Positions 10,126 through 20,454 are shown, counted from the first letter of the stretch. The stretch: DNA of 64,000 bases from Halorarum halobium (GCF_032116555.1 NZ_CP134949.1:2108001-2172000), one strand, 5' to 3'. Numbers and translations: made by a program. Notes: generated by a model from the letters alone, not told the origin.

Positions 10126-10399
10126 CTCGAAAGCCCCCCCGGCTGTCGGCTCGGTGCGGCCGCTGCGCTCCTCAGTCGCTCACTGCGTTCGCTCCTCATC
10201 GGTCGGCCTCCGGCCTCCCTCTTGCGGTGCTTGTCGGTCCGCGCCGTCGCCGACAGCCGCGGCCCCTTTCAGTCCCACCCGGACGGCACCGCAACCGCAC
10301 CGCACCCTCCCCAGCCTCCTGCGGTGCTCGGAACTCACCCTCGCTGCGCTCGCGTGAGCCACGCACGAGCGGCCGCGCTTCGCTTGGCCGCCGCGCGCC
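10126..10399 (+). repeat. Modular intergenic repeat, copy C (with long internal hairpin)
   Basis: CTCGAAAGCCCCCC[CGGCTGTCGGC...GCCGACAGCCG]CGGCCCCTTTCAGTCCCACCC...CTCGGAACTCACCCTCGC...GCTCGCGTGAGC...GCCGCGCGCC; extra GAAAGCCCCC at about 10072. Confidence 0.85.
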
Positions 10400-10460
10400 A
10401 TTCGGCTAGTTCCGTTCGTGAATCACGCGCGAAAACAAGAAACTGCGAATCCGAACTCAC

Positions 10461-13400
10461 CTAGTCGTCGCCCGAGACCGCGCCGCGCTCGAAGCCCGGA
10501 ACCGCGTCGCCGCCCGCCACCGGCTCCGGCAGTTCGTCGCGCACGTCGTCGCCGCGGCCCTCCGCGATGACTTCCGCGTAGGCGTCGGGCAGCACGCGGA
10601 CGAACTCGCCGACGGCCTCCGACCAGTTCTCCAGCAGGGCGGCCGCGCGCTCGCTGTCGGTCCGGGCGAGGTGGTTCTCGACCAGGCGGCGCAGCATCGC
10701 CTCGTCGGCATCGGTCAGTTCCTGGGAGAGCGACACCATCCCGCGGTTCACCTTCGCCGGGAACTCGTCGTCCGGGTCGAACACGTACGCGACGCCGCCG
10801 GACATCCCCGCGCCGAAGTTCCGGCCCGTCTCGCCCAGCACCGCGACGGCGCCGCCGGTCATGTACTCACAGCCGTGGTCGCCCAGCCCCTCGACGACCG
10901 CCTTCGCGCCCGAGTTGCGGACCGCGAAGCGCTCGCCCGCGACGCCGTTGACGTACGCCTCGCCGCTCGTCGCGCCGTAGAGCGCGACGTTGCCGACGAC
11001 GATGTTCTCGCTCGGGTCGAACGACGCGTCCGCGGGCGTCTCGACGGCGAGCGTGCCGCCCGAGAGCCCCTTGCCGACGTAGTCGTTCGCCGCGCCGGTG
11101 AGGTGGCTGCTCACGCCGGGCGCGAGGAACGCGCCGAACGACTGGCCCGCGGTGCCGTCGAACTCCAGGCTGACCGTGTCCCGGGGGAGCCCTTCGCCGC
11201 CGTGTTCGGAGGCGACGCGGTTCGAGAGCGTCGCGCCGACTGCCCGGTCCGTGTTCCCGAGCGTCCGCGAGACGGCGACCGGTTCGCCCGACGAGAGCGC
11301 CTCGTCCGCCGCCTCGATGAGCTCCCGGTCGATGCCGTCCGCGACGTCGGCGTGGTCCTGCTCGCGCACCTTCGTCCGCGCGCCGGGCGCGGGGTCGGCG
11401 AGCACCGTCGAGAGGTCGAGTTTCGCGGCCTTCCCCTCCAGGTCGTCGCGCTGGGTGAGCACGTCGGGCCGGCCGATCATCTCCTCGACCGTGCGGAAGC
11501 CGAGGTCGGCCATGATCTCGCGGAGCTCCCGTGCGATGAACGTCATGTAGTTGATGACGTGCTCGGGCTCGCCGGGGAAGCGCTCGCGGAGGTCCTCCCG
11601 CTGGGTGGCGACGCCGACCGGGCAGGTGTTCTGGTGGCACTGCCGGGCCATCACACAGCCCGAGGAGACGAGCGAGGCGGTGCCGAAGGCGAACTCCTCG
11701 CCGCCCAGCAGCGCGCCGACCGCGACGTCGCGGCCGGTCTTCATCCCGCCGTCGACGGCGACGCGGATGCGGTCGCGCAGCCCCGTCGCGCGGAGCATCT
11801 GGTTCGTCTCCGCGAGGCCGAGTTCCCACGGGAGGCCGGCGTTCTTGATGCTCGTCTTCGGCGACGCGCCCGTCCCGCCCGAGTGGCCCGAGACGTGGAC
11901 GACGTCGGCCTCGGCCTTCGCGACGCCGGCCGCGATGGTGCCGATGCCGGCCTCCGAGACCAGCTTCACGTTGACGTCGGCCTCCGGGTTCGCGGACTTC
12001 AGGTCGTGAATGAGCTGTTTCAGGTCCTCGATGGAGTAGATGTCGTGTTGCGGGGGCGGCGAGATGAGGCCCACGCCCGGCGTCGAACACCGGACGTGCG
12101 CGATGTACTCGTTCACCTTCGCGCCGGGGAGATGACCGCCCTCGCCGGGCTTGGAGCCCTGCGCCATCTTGATCTGGAGTTCGTCCGCGCTCGCGAGGTA
12201 CTCCGCGGTGACGCCGAAGCGGCCCGAAGCGACCTGTTTCACGTCGCACTCGCGCTCGGTGCCGAACCGCTCGGGCGGCTCGCCGCCCTCGCCGGTGTTC
12301 GACTTGCCGCCGAGCCGCCGCATCGCGATGGAGTTGTTCTCGTGGGCCTCCGGCGAGAGGCTGCCGAGGCTCATCGCTGCCGTGGTGAAGCGCGTGGCGA
12401 TCTCCGAGACCGGCTCGACCTCCTCGACCGGGATCGGGTCGCGGTCGGAATCGAACTCAAGGAGGTTCCGGAGTTCGGCCGGTTCGTCGGCGTCGTTCAC
12501 CTGTTCTGCGAACGAGTCCCACGACTCGCGGTCGTCCCCACGGACGGCGGCGTGGAGGTCCCGCACCGAGTGGGGGTTCCAGCCGTGGTGGAGCCCCGAC
12601 GAGCGGTTCTCGTACTCGCCGTGGGTCTCCAGTTCGGGGTCGTCGCCGAAGCCGACCGCGTGGCGCTCGCGGACGTCGGCCGCGAGTTCGTCGACGCCGA
12701 TGCCCTCCGTGCGGATCTCGGTCCCCTCGAAGTACTCGCGGACGAACGCGGAGTCGAGCCCCACCGCCTCGAAGATCTGTGCGCCGCGGTAGGACTCGGC
12801 CGTCGAGATGCCCATCTTCGCCATCGTCTTGAGGAGCCCCTGTTCGAGCGCCGCGCGGTAGGTGGCGAGCGCCTCCACCTCGTCCGCGCCGTCGGGGCCG
12901 GCGACGAGGTCCCGGACCGTCTCGTACGCGAGGTACGGACAGACCGCGCCCGCGCCGTAGCCGACGAGCGTGGCGACGTGGTGGACCTCGCGCGGGTCGC
13001 CCGACTCGACCACGAGGCCACAGCGGGCGCGCAGGCCCTCGCGGACGAGCGCGTGGTGGACCGCCGCGGTGGCGAGCAGGCTCGGGATGGGCGCGCGGTC
13101 GGCGTCGACCGCGCGGTCCGAGAGAACGAGCACGTCGGCGCCGTCGCGGACGGCCGCGACCGCCTCCTCGCGGAGGGCCTCGACCGCGGCCTCCATGTCG
13201 CCCTCGGGGTCCCAGGTCGTCTCCAGCGTCGTCGACGTCAGGTCGCCGTCGGTCCGGCCCGCGAGGTCGCGGAGCCCGGCCGTCTCGGCCTCGGTGAGGA
13301 TCGGCGAGTCGCAGACGACCTGCCGGGCGTGTTCGGGCGACTCGTCGAGCAGGTTCCGCTGGGGGCCGAGTCTGGCCTCGAGCGAGGTGACGAGTTCCTC

Positions 13401-15044
13401 GCGGATGTAGTCGATCGGCGGGTTCGACACCTGCGCGAACAGTTGCTTGAAGTAGGTGAACAGCGGCCGGTTGTACTCCGAGAGCACCGACAGCGGCGTG
13501 TCGTCGCCCATCGAACCGACGGGGTCCTTCCCGTCGTGGGTCATCGGCTCGATCATGTGGTTCAGCTGGTCGGTCGTGTAGCCGAACGTCGCCTGGAGCC
13601 CGCGGAGGTTCTCGGGAGCCTCGCCGGCGTTCGGAACCGTCCTCACCGCGTCGGCGTCACCCGGCCGGCCGTCCGCGTCCGTCTCGACCGCCACGGCGTC
13701 GAGTTCGCGCTGCTCGGCGTCGACGAACTCACCGTACCTGTCGTCGACGAGGTCCGCGAAGACGGCCTCGTCGGGGACGACCTCGCCGGCCTCGCGGTCC
13801 GCGACGAACACCTCGCCGGGCTGGAGCCGGCCGCGCTCGGCGACCGCGCTCGGCTCGTGGTCGAGCGCGCCGACCTCGCTGGCCATCACGAGCCGGTTGT
13901 CGGTCGTCACGTCGTATCGGCACGGACGCAGGCCGTTCCGGTCGAGCACGCCCGCGACGCGCTCGCCGTCGAAGCCGATGACCAGTGCGGGGCCGTCCCA
14001 CGGCTCCACGAGCGAGGCGTGGAAGTCGTAGAACTCCCGGCGCTCCTCGCTCATCGCGTCGTCCCCGCGGTACGCTTCGGGGATGAGCATCCGGAGCGCG
14101 TGCGGGAGCTCGCGGCCGCCCCGGAGCAGCAAGTCGAGCGTCTCGTCGACTGAGGCGGTGTCGGACTGGTCCGGATCGGAGATGACCGGCGTCACCGTCT
14201 CCAGTTCCGCGTCGGTGAAGCCGCCGTCCGCGAGGTCGGCCTCGCGGGCGCGCATCCAGTTCACGTTCCCCCGGATGGTGTTGAACTCGCCGTTGTGGAC
14301 GATGTTCCGGTACGGGTGCGCGAGGTGCCACGCGCCGAGCGTGTTCGTCGAGAAGCGCGCGTGGACGAGCGCGACGCCGGATTCGAGCCGGTCGTCGCGA
14401 AGGTCCGGGAAGTACGTCCCGAGCTGGCTCGCCTTCAGAAGGCCCTTGTAGACGAGGCGCTCGCGGTCGAGCGAGCAGACGTAGAATCGCCCCGCACCCT
14501 CCACGTCCGCGGCCGCCTTCTCCAGTTCGCGCCGGCCGACGTACAGTCGCCGGTCGAAGTCGTCGGTCGAGAGTTCCCCGTCGGGCGCGACGAACGCCTG
14601 CCAGACGGACGGCTCCGAGTCCAGCGCAGTCTCGCCCAGGTCCGCCGCATCCGCGTCCGTGGGAACCTCCCGCCACGCGACCGTCTCGACCCCGTAGGAG
14701 GCGAACGTCGTCTCGAACAGGTCCCGGAGCTCCGCCCGTACCCCCTCGTCGGTCGGCATGAACAGCGATCCGACCGCGTAGGTGTCCGGGAGGTCGCCGA
14801 CGACCGCCTCGAAGAAGCCGTCCGGCCGCTGGAGCATGACGCCCGCCCCGTCGCCCGTGTTCGGTTCCGCGCCCGTCGCACCCCGGTGTTCGAGGTTCTC
14901 CAGGAGTTCGATGCCATCCTCGATTACTGCGTGTGACCGACCGCCGTCGAGGTCGACGACGGCACCTACACCGCAGTTCGAACGCTCGTCCGCGGGGTCC
15001 GCCAGGCCCGCGGCCGGGCGCTCGCGCGCGTCCGGCTGAGTCAT
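10461..15044 (-). CDS. gltB: Glutamate synthase large subunit
   Basis: N-terminal CGVG amidotransferase, HARFSTNT, HNGEFNT, PWDGPA, QIKMAQGSKPGEGG, CVMARQCHQNTCPVG 3Fe-4S motif, GXGXG C-domain. Confidence 0.97.
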   Translation of the reverse strand: MTQPDARERPAAGLADPADERSNCGVGAVVDLDGGRSHAVIEDGIELLENLEHRGATGAEPNTGDGAGVMLQRPDGFFEAVVGDLPDTYAVGSLFMPTDEGVRAELRDLFETTFASYGVETVAWREVPTDADAADLGETALDSEPSVWQAFVAPDGELSTDDFDRRLYVGRRELEKAAADVEGAGRFYVCSLDRERLVYKGLLKASQLGTYFPDLRDDRLESGVALVHARFSTNTLGAWHLAHPYRNIVHNGEFNTIRGNVNWMRAREADLADGGFTDAELETVTPVISDPDQSDTASVDETLDLLLRGGRELPHALRMLIPEAYRGDDAMSEERREFYDFHASLVEPWDGPALVIGFDGERVAGVLDRNGLRPCRYDVTTDNRLVMASEVGALDHEPSAVAERGRLQPGEVFVADREAGEVVPDEAVFADLVDDRYGEFVDAEQRELDAVAVETDADGRPGDADAVRTVPNAGEAPENLRGLQATFGYTTDQLNHMIEPMTHDGKDPVGSMGDDTPLSVLSEYNRPLFTYFKQLFAQVSNPPIDYIREELVTSLEARLGPQRNLLDESPEHARQVVCDSPILTEAETAGLRDLAGRTDGDLTSTTLETTWDPEGDMEAAVEALREEAVAAVRDGADVLVLSDRAVDADRAPIPSLLATAAVHHALVREGLRARCGLVVESGDPREVHHVATLVGYGAGAVCPYLAYETVRDLVAGPDGADEVEALATYRAALEQGLLKTMAKMGISTAESYRGAQIFEAVGLDSAFVREYFEGTEIRTEGIGVDELAADVRERHAVGFGDDPELETHGEYENRSSGLHHGWNPHSVRDLHAAVRGDDRESWDSFAEQVNDADEPAELRNLLEFDSDRDPIPVEEVEPVSEIATRFTTAAMSLGSLSPEAHENNSIAMRRLGGKSNTGEGGEPPERFGTERECDVKQVASGRFGVTAEYLASADELQIKMAQGSKPGEGGHLPGAKVNEYIAHVRCSTPGVGLISPPPQHDIYSIEDLKQLIHDLKSANPEADVNVKLVSEAGIGTIAAGVAKAEADVVHVSGHSGGTGASPKTSIKNAGLPWELGLAETNQMLRATGLRDRIRVAVDGGMKTGRDVAVGALLGGEEFAFGTASLVSSGCVMARQCHQNTCPVGVATQREDLRERFPGEPEHVINYMTFIARELREIMADLGFRTVEEMIGRPDVLTQRDDLEGKAAKLDLSTVLADPAPGARTKVREQDHADVADGIDRELIEAADEALSSGEPVAVSRTLGNTDRAVGATLSNRVASEHGGEGLPRDTVSLEFDGTAGQSFGAFLAPGVSSHLTGAANDYVGKGLSGGTLAVETPADASFDPSENIVVGNVALYGATSGEAYVNGVAGERFAVRNSGAKAVVEGLGDHGCEYMTGGAVAVLGETGRNFGAGMSGGVAYVFDPDDEFPAKVNRGMVSLSQELTDADEAMLRRLVENHLARTDSERAAALLENWSEAVGEFVRVLPDAYAEVIAEGRGDDVRDELPEPVAGGDAVPGFERGAVSGDD

Positions 15045-15313
15045 GTGGGAGGGTGCGCGTGACCCACATAAAGCCGTGACCCTGAAGGACTAAGGGCGTA
15101 CCAATACCATACAAGGGAATAATAGGTCAAGGATGTACGGAATCGAGTAGTCAATTGACGATCAGCGTCCGATTACGACTCGGATAGTCGTGATAGCTGC
15201 AAATTTTCCTCTGATCGTCCAGCCCGAAAATCGTTCGGAATTTCGGTGGACGTTCGTCCAGTTCCAATCGGCGGTTCCCGTCCGATCGGACCCCCCGAGT
15301 TCGGACGGCGCGG

Positions 15314-16798
15314 TCAGTAGGACTTCGCGAAGTACGCGGTTCGTTCCGCGCGCTCCCCACAGACCGCACACGTCTCCTCGTCCTCGCCGCCGACGAGGTC
15401 GTCCTCGTCCTCGAACGGGACCATGACGATCTCGGCGGCGATCTGCTCTTTGATCTCGTCCTCGCAGCCCTCCTCGCCACACCACGGCGCATTGACGTAG
15501 CCGCCGTGCTGGCCGATGGTGCCCAGGATCTCCGCGCGATCCGACGCCTCGCGCACCTCGCCCTCGAGGTTCTCCTCGGCGGCGGCGTACAGCTTTGCGA
15601 ACACCTCGTCGAGGTGGACCCGCGCGGCGTCCGCGATGCCCTCGCGCTCGGCGGTCGCCTCCTCGCCGTCCGGGCGGTGGACGACCGTCACCTCGTCGTC
15701 CTCGACCTCGTGGGGGCCGATCTCGAACCGGACGGGGACGCCGTTGAGTTCGTGCTCGTTGAACTTGAAGCCGGGATTGCGCGTGTCGCGGTCGTCGAGT
15801 TCGACGCGGATGCCCGCCTCCTCGAGTTCCTCTGCGATGCCCTGGGCGTACGAGAGCACGTCCTCCTTCGTGTCGGCCTGCCAGATGGGGACGATGACGA
15901 CCTGCTCGGGCGCGACCGTCGGGGGGAGCACGAGCCCCTGATCGTCCGAGTGGGTCATGATGAGCGCGCCGAGCGCGCGCCAGGAGAGCCCCCAGGAGGT
16001 GGTGTGGGCGACCTGCTCCTCCTCGTCCTCGTCCGAGTAGTGGATGTCGAACGCCTCGGCGAACGAGGTGCCGAGGTGGTGGGACGTCCCGCCCTGGACG
16101 GACTTGCCGTCGGGCATCAGCGCCTCGACGGTCGTCGTGGTGTCCGCGCCGGGGAACTTGTCGTGGTCGGGCTTCTGGCCGCGGAGGACGGGCATCGCGA
16201 AGAACTCCTCGTACACCGACTCGTACTGATCGAGCCGGCGCATCGTCTCGTCCCAGGCGTCCTCGTGGGTGGCGTGGGCCGTGTGGCCCTCCTGCCAGAG
16301 GAACTCCTTCGTGCGGAAGAACGGCTTCGTCTCCGTCGCCTCCCAGCGCACGACCGAGCACCACTGGTTGACGCGCAGCGGCAGGTCGCGGTGGCTCCGC
16401 ACCCAGCGGGCGATGTACGGGGTGATGATGGACTCGGAGGTGGGCCGCACGGCGAGCCGTTCCTCGAGTTCGTCGTTGCCCGCGTGGGTCACCCACGCCA
16501 CCTCGGGGTCGAACCCCTCGACGATGTCCTTCTCGCGCTCGAGGTACGACTCGGGGATGAACATGGGGAAGTAGGCGTTCCGGACGCCCGTCTCCTTGAA
16601 CTTCGAGTCGAGGAACGCCTGCATGCGCTCCCAGAGCTCGTAGCCGCGGGGCCGGGTCACGATGAACCCGGACATGTTCTCGGGGCCGTAGTTCGCCAGG
16701 CCCGCCTTCTGGACTACCTCGGCGTACCACTCGCCGGTCTCATACTCCTTGGATTTCGTGACGCCGAGGTCCTGCTCGGCGCCGTCGTCGTCGTTCAT
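15314..16798 (-). CDS. proS: Proline--tRNA ligase (archaeal/eukaryotic type)
   Basis: RPTSE, VVRWE, PFFRTKEFLWQEGHT, QGGTSHHLG, SWGLSWR, C-terminal FAKSY. Confidence 0.97.
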   Translation of the reverse strand: MNDDDGAEQDLGVTKSKEYETGEWYAEVVQKAGLANYGPENMSGFIVTRPRGYELWERMQAFLDSKFKETGVRNAYFPMFIPESYLEREKDIVEGFDPEVAWVTHAGNDELEERLAVRPTSESIITPYIARWVRSHRDLPLRVNQWCSVVRWEATETKPFFRTKEFLWQEGHTAHATHEDAWDETMRRLDQYESVYEEFFAMPVLRGQKPDHDKFPGADTTTTVEALMPDGKSVQGGTSHHLGTSFAEAFDIHYSDEDEEEQVAHTTSWGLSWRALGALIMTHSDDQGLVLPPTVAPEQVVIVPIWQADTKEDVLSYAQGIAEELEEAGIRVELDDRDTRNPGFKFNEHELNGVPVRFEIGPHEVEDDEVTVVHRPDGEEATAEREGIADAARVHLDEVFAKLYAAAEENLEGEVREASDRAEILGTIGQHGGYVNAPWCGEEGCEDEIKEQIAAEIVMVPFEDEDDLVGGEDEETCAVCGERAERTAYFAKSY

Positions 16799-17050
16799 AC
16801 TCGTTGGTTTCGGACTGCGGTCTTAAACGCGGTGCGTTTCGGTCGCGCCGGGAGAAGTGATGGTGGGTGGCCTAGGCGCCACCCGGCGGGAGCGGGACTG
16901 GGACGGCGCGCTGGGCGGACTCACGTGCGTGACCCCGGCGCCGTGTCATGGTCGCCACTGGGATCGGCCCCCACAAGAACGTACCGGGGGGTCGTCACCG
17001 GCTGGCACGAACGACCAACGGTTATGCCCCTCCCAGCACAGCCGCGACGC

Positions 17051-17518
17051 ATGGACGCAGCCGACCTGGACGTGGTCGACCTCGACCGGAGCGACGCCGA
17101 GGAACTGCTGTCGCGCTACCGCGAGTACGGCTGGTGGGACGAGCGCGAACGCGAGGCGGTGGCCGAGGCGCTGGCACACACGGACCTCGCGATCGGACTC
17201 CGGGACGGGACGACCCTCGTCGCCTCGGCACGGGTGATCACCGACTTCGTCTACTACGCCCGGGTGTACGACGTCATCGTCGCCGCGGACCGGCGCGGCG
17301 AGGGGCTCGGCCGAAAACTCCTCTCGGCCATTCTCGCGGACGACCGACTCGCCGACGTGAACCCCGTTCTGCTGTGCCGGGACGGGCTCGTTCCGTTCTA
17401 CGAGTCGGTGGGCTTCGAGCCGTACCCGGAGACGGTCGATGCGCCCGAGGGCGAGGACGTCGAACTCCGGCAGCTGATCCACGTCGACGGTGAACTGGAG
17501 GACGCCGGGGGCGAGTGA
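17051..17518 (+). CDS. GNAT-family N-acetyltransferase
   Basis: DVIVAADRRGEGLGRKLL motif A, FYESVGF; start trimmed from ORF 15506..17518. Confidence 0.88.
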   Translation: MDAADLDVVDLDRSDAEELLSRYREYGWWDEREREAVAEALAHTDLAIGLRDGTTLVASARVITDFVYYARVYDVIVAADRRGEGLGRKLLSAILADDRLADVNPVLLCRDGLVPFYESVGFEPYPETVDAPEGEDVELRQLIHVDGELEDAGGE

Positions 17519-17529
17519 AGAGCCGTGAG

Positions 17530-17988
17530 TCAGTCGAGGGCGACGTCGCGCTCGACCTCGACCAGTCGGGGTTCGCCGTCGTGGTAGACGAACCGGCCGC
17601 GGAACGTCCCGCCCGCGAGCACCGTGGGGAGCCAGTCGCGGTCCGTCTGCCACATCTCCGCGAGCGGAAGGTCCCTGACCGGGAACCACTCCGGGACGGC
17701 CTCCTCGCTTTCGGTCGGTTCGCCGTCGTACGCGGTCGCGCGGTAGACGTGGACGAGCGCGTTCCAGTCCTCGGAGTAGTACTCGAACTCGCCGAGCTTT
17801 TCGGGGTCGCGCACCTCGATGCCGACCTCCTCCCGGACCTCGCGGACGACGCACTCGCGGGGCGTCTCGCCCGGTTCGACCTTGCCGCCGGGGCCGACGT
17901 ACTGGTCGCTGCCCACGCCGCGCTTCTTGTGGATGAGTAGCGTCCGGTCGTCGTCGGTGACGAGGTGACACAGCGTCGCGTCGCGCAT
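17530..17988 (-). CDS. Nudix hydrolase (8-oxo-dGTP diphosphatase/MTH1-like)
   Basis: [23 protein letters not shown]udix box; [20 protein letters not shown] as in MTH1-like enzymes. Confidence 0.9.
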   Translation of the reverse strand: MRDATLCHLVTDDDRTLLIHKKRGVGSDQYVGPGGKVEPGETPRECVVREVREEVGIEVRDPEKLGEFEYYSEDWNALVHVYRATAYDGEPTESEEAVPEWFPVRDLPLAEMWQTDRDWLPTVLAGGTFRGRFVYHDGEPRLVEVERDVALD

Positions 17989-18239
17989 CTCGTTGGGTTC
18001 CGGTTGGCCGGTGGTGAGTAAACGATGTCGGCCTCTCTGCTAGTTCGGTCGTCGCCTGGAACTGGTCGGTCGTCGCTTCGACCGCCTCGAAAGCTTTCGT
18101 GGCGGTCGACTCGGTGCGGCCGCTGTCGTTCGAAAATCGAAGAGTTTCGTGATGTGGTCGGATTCCGCCGGAATCCGACCGCGGACGGGAAACCGACGGT
18201 TTCCCGTACTGACGAACGACGCGAGCGCCTTTCGAACCA

Positions 18240-18325
18240 CGCTCCTCGCTCCCTCCGGTCGCGCTGTGGTGCTCGTCGGTCCGCGCCGTTCACGAGAGGC
18301 ACGGCGTCTCGTGAACGCCGCGCGC
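18240..18325 (+). repeat. Modular intergenic repeat, partial copy E
   Basis: CGCTCCTCGCTCCCTCCGGTCGCGCTGTGGTGCT matches the reverse complement of ~18577-18616 and the insert of copy C; hairpin GTTCACGAGA...TCTCGTGAAC; ends GCCGCGCGC. Confidence 0.7.
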
Positions 18326-18353
18326 TACGTGGATTGACTGGTCAAATGCGGTC

Positions 18354-18657
18354 GGCGCGCGGCTGGCGGACCTCCGTGTCCGCCGCCGGCGCGCGAGGGA
18401 TGAGACAGCGACGGCGAGCGCAGCGAGCCGAGCGAACGAATCGGCTGCTCACACGAGCGGAGCGAGGGTGATTCCGAGGAGCGTGCTCCGAGGTAAGGGA
18501 GGCTTGTGGCTGCCGTGCGGTGCGGGGCGGTGGGTGGGACTGAAAGGGGCCGCGGCGGTCGGCGAACCCCGAACTCGCAAGCACCACAGCGCGACCGCAG
18601 GGAGCGCGAGGAGCGCAGCGCGGTTCGCGGGAGCCGAGCGCCGCGGGGGCTTTCGAG
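18354..18657 (-). repeat. Modular intergenic repeat, copy D
   Basis: GGCGCGCGGC...CGCGCGAGGGATGAG...CGAATCGGCTGCTCACACGAGC...GCGAGGGTGATTCCGAG...GGGTGGGACTGAAAGGGGCCGCGGC...CGGGGGCTTTCGAG. Confidence 0.85.
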
Positions 18658-18709
18658 CCGTTAGCACCAGTGAACGCCCCCCAGTTCCGGAAAAGGACTA
18701 CTCGAAACC

Positions 18710-18889
18710 CTACTCCGACGAAGCCCGAGCACGACGGCGATACTCCCCGTACGGGTCCTCGGGCGAGAACGGCGCGGGCGCGGAGTTCACCGCCTCTGCC
18801 CCGCACTCGGGACACGTCGAAGCGAGCGTGTACACCGGGCGCTCGTGACGCCCCTTCCACGCCGAACACTCCTTGATGTCCGATTTCAT
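18710..18889 (-). CDS. nop10: H/ACA RNP protein Nop10 (59 aa; missing from ORF track)
   Basis: Hand translation MKSDIKECSAWKGRHERPVYTLASTCPECGAEAVNSAPAPFSPEDPYGEYRRRARASSE; YTL/CPECG/FSPEDPYGEYRR signature; follows eif2a. Confidence 0.93.
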   Translation of the reverse strand: MKSDIKECSAWKGRHERPVYTLASTCPECGAEAVNSAPAPFSPEDPYGEYRRRARASSE

Positions 18890-18926
18890 GAATTTCTCCT
18901 CCGGCTCCCGGCCAGCGAGATCGGCC

Positions 18927-19727
18927 CTACTCGTCCTCGGTCTCGCGCTCGCGGTGGAACGCCCCCACGCCGCCCGCGGTCTCGATGGACTGCCGGGCGC
19001 GGTCGGCCGACGCCTCCAGTTCGTTCTCGGCGGTCTTGTAGTCGGGCGCGCGGACGCGGATGCGGTACTCGGGCGCGCCGACGTACGAGACCTCCAGTTC
19101 GACCTCCTCGGGCACCTCGCCGTTGCCCTCGGCGGCCTCCAGGGCTGCCTTCACGTCGTCGACGCCGTCGGCCTCCGCGGACTCGAGGTCAACGTAGCCC
19201 GTGACGTTGACGTACGGGACCGAGACGTTCTCGCGGGCGGCCTCCACGATGGCGTCGATCTCGTCGTCGTCGAGGTCCGTGTCCGAAAGCGCCTCCTCGC
19301 CGTGGATGGCCGCCTCCTCGAAGCCGTCGTACATCGAGCCGAACGCCGAGTAGAGCGCCTCCGCGACGCGGGTGTACTGCTCGTCGCTCACGTCCTCGCC
19401 GAACGCGATGGTCATCCAGTTGTCCGCCTTGCGCTCGTTCTTCCACTCCTGGATCTTGTCCGAGCGCTGGTGGTCGTTGACGTCCTTGATCGAGAGGTCG
19501 ATCTGCTGGGACGACTCGTCGACGTCGAGCACCTTCGCCACGACGCGCTCGCCGACGCTCACGTGGTCCCGGATGTTCTTGATCCACCCGCTCGCGACCT
19601 CGCTGACGTGGGTCAGGCCGCGCTTGTCCTCGTACTCGTCCAGGTCCACGAACACGCCGAAGTCGGTGATCTCGTCGACCTCGCCGACGACGAGTTCGCC
19701 CTTCTCGGGCCAGCCGCTGAATTTCAT
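18927..19727 (-). CDS. eif2a: Translation initiation factor 2 alpha subunit
   Basis: [11 protein letters not shown]1 domain, [30 protein letters not shown]. Confidence 0.95.
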   Translation of the reverse strand: MKFSGWPEKGELVVGEVDEITDFGVFVDLDEYEDKRGLTHVSEVASGWIKNIRDHVSVGERVVAKVLDVDESSQQIDLSIKDVNDHQRSDKIQEWKNERKADNWMTIAFGEDVSDEQYTRVAEALYSAFGSMYDGFEEAAIHGEEALSDTDLDDDEIDAIVEAARENVSVPYVNVTGYVDLESAEADGVDDVKAALEAAEGNGEVPEEVELEVSYVGAPEYRIRVRAPDYKTAENELEASADRARQSIETAGGVGAFHRERETEDE

Positions 19728-19851
19728 GGTCGGGGATAACGGGCGGAGCGTAATACGGTTTCCCTCTCGGGGCGGCGGAGCGGTGGCCGTGGACGACGCT
19801 GCTGCTCGGTCGTGACCCGGCTGGACGGAAAAACGGGAGGGGCGGACCGGT

Positions 19852-20028
19852 TCAGGCGCGCTGCTCGACGGTCTCGACGACCTCGCCGGCGAACGCGGCG
19901 TCGCCGCCGGTCGGCGACGCGAGCGTCGTCCCGCAGACCGCACAGTTCACCACGGAGGACGCCTTGCCGAAGACGACCTGCTCGTTCTCACAGTCCGGAC
20001 ACCGGACGCGGTAGAAGGCTCCTGCCAT
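19852..20028 (-). CDS. rps27e: 30S ribosomal protein S27e
   Basis: [24 protein letters not shown]...CAVCG...PTGG. Confidence 0.95.
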   Translation of the reverse strand: MAGAFYRVRCPDCENEQVVFGKASSVVNCAVCGTTLASPTGGDAAFAGEVVETVEQRA

Positions 20029-20030
20029 CC

Positions 20031-20312
20031 TTACTCCTGGAAGGTGAGTCGGCCGGCGCGCCAGCCCTCGCGCATGTGGGCCTTGCCGCACTCGCCACAG
20101 CGGTACTTCAGGTGGGTCTTCTTCGTCGGCTTGTCGCCGCCGGGCACCTTCGAGAACTTGCCGGCGTTCCCGATGACCGACGTGCCGCGGGCCTGCTGGC
20201 GGTCGGTCCACTTCATGCCGGTCTCGCGGCCCTTCCGGACCTTCTCGACCTCGACCTCGTGGTGTTCGTTACAGTGCGGACAGTACGTGTTCATGCGTCG
20301 TGGCATCTCCAT
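20031..20312 (-). CDS. rpl44e: 50S ribosomal protein L44e (eL42)
   Basis: TYCPHCNEH...[18 protein letters not shown]...CGECGK. Confidence 0.96.
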   Translation of the reverse strand: MEMPRRMNTYCPHCNEHHEVEVEKVRKGRETGMKWTDRQQARGTSVIGNAGKFSKVPGGDKPTKKTHLKYRCGECGKAHMREGWRAGRLTFQE

Positions 20313-20454
20313 GGCGAGATCTCCTCTTGGCCACGACTACTGGTCGGGTGCTTAAAACGCATTTGGTCCGGCGACGCCGTGCGGGAGCGTCACGCGCGGC
20401 CCGCCCGGGTGTGGTCGGTCGCCCCGGCGCGTCCGGGTCCCCGTGAAACGACGC

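Noticed and set aside
10671..14153. Very long antisense ORFs (1160 aa opposite gltB; similar ones opposite GTPBP1, the kinase, proS, leuA and aglB)
   Set aside because: Shadow ORFs of high-GC coding strands: Arg/Gly/Val-rich, no motifs, exactly opposite well-supported genes.
10461..15044. gltB without gltD
   Set aside because: A stand-alone ferredoxin-type large subunit is normal in haloarchaea.
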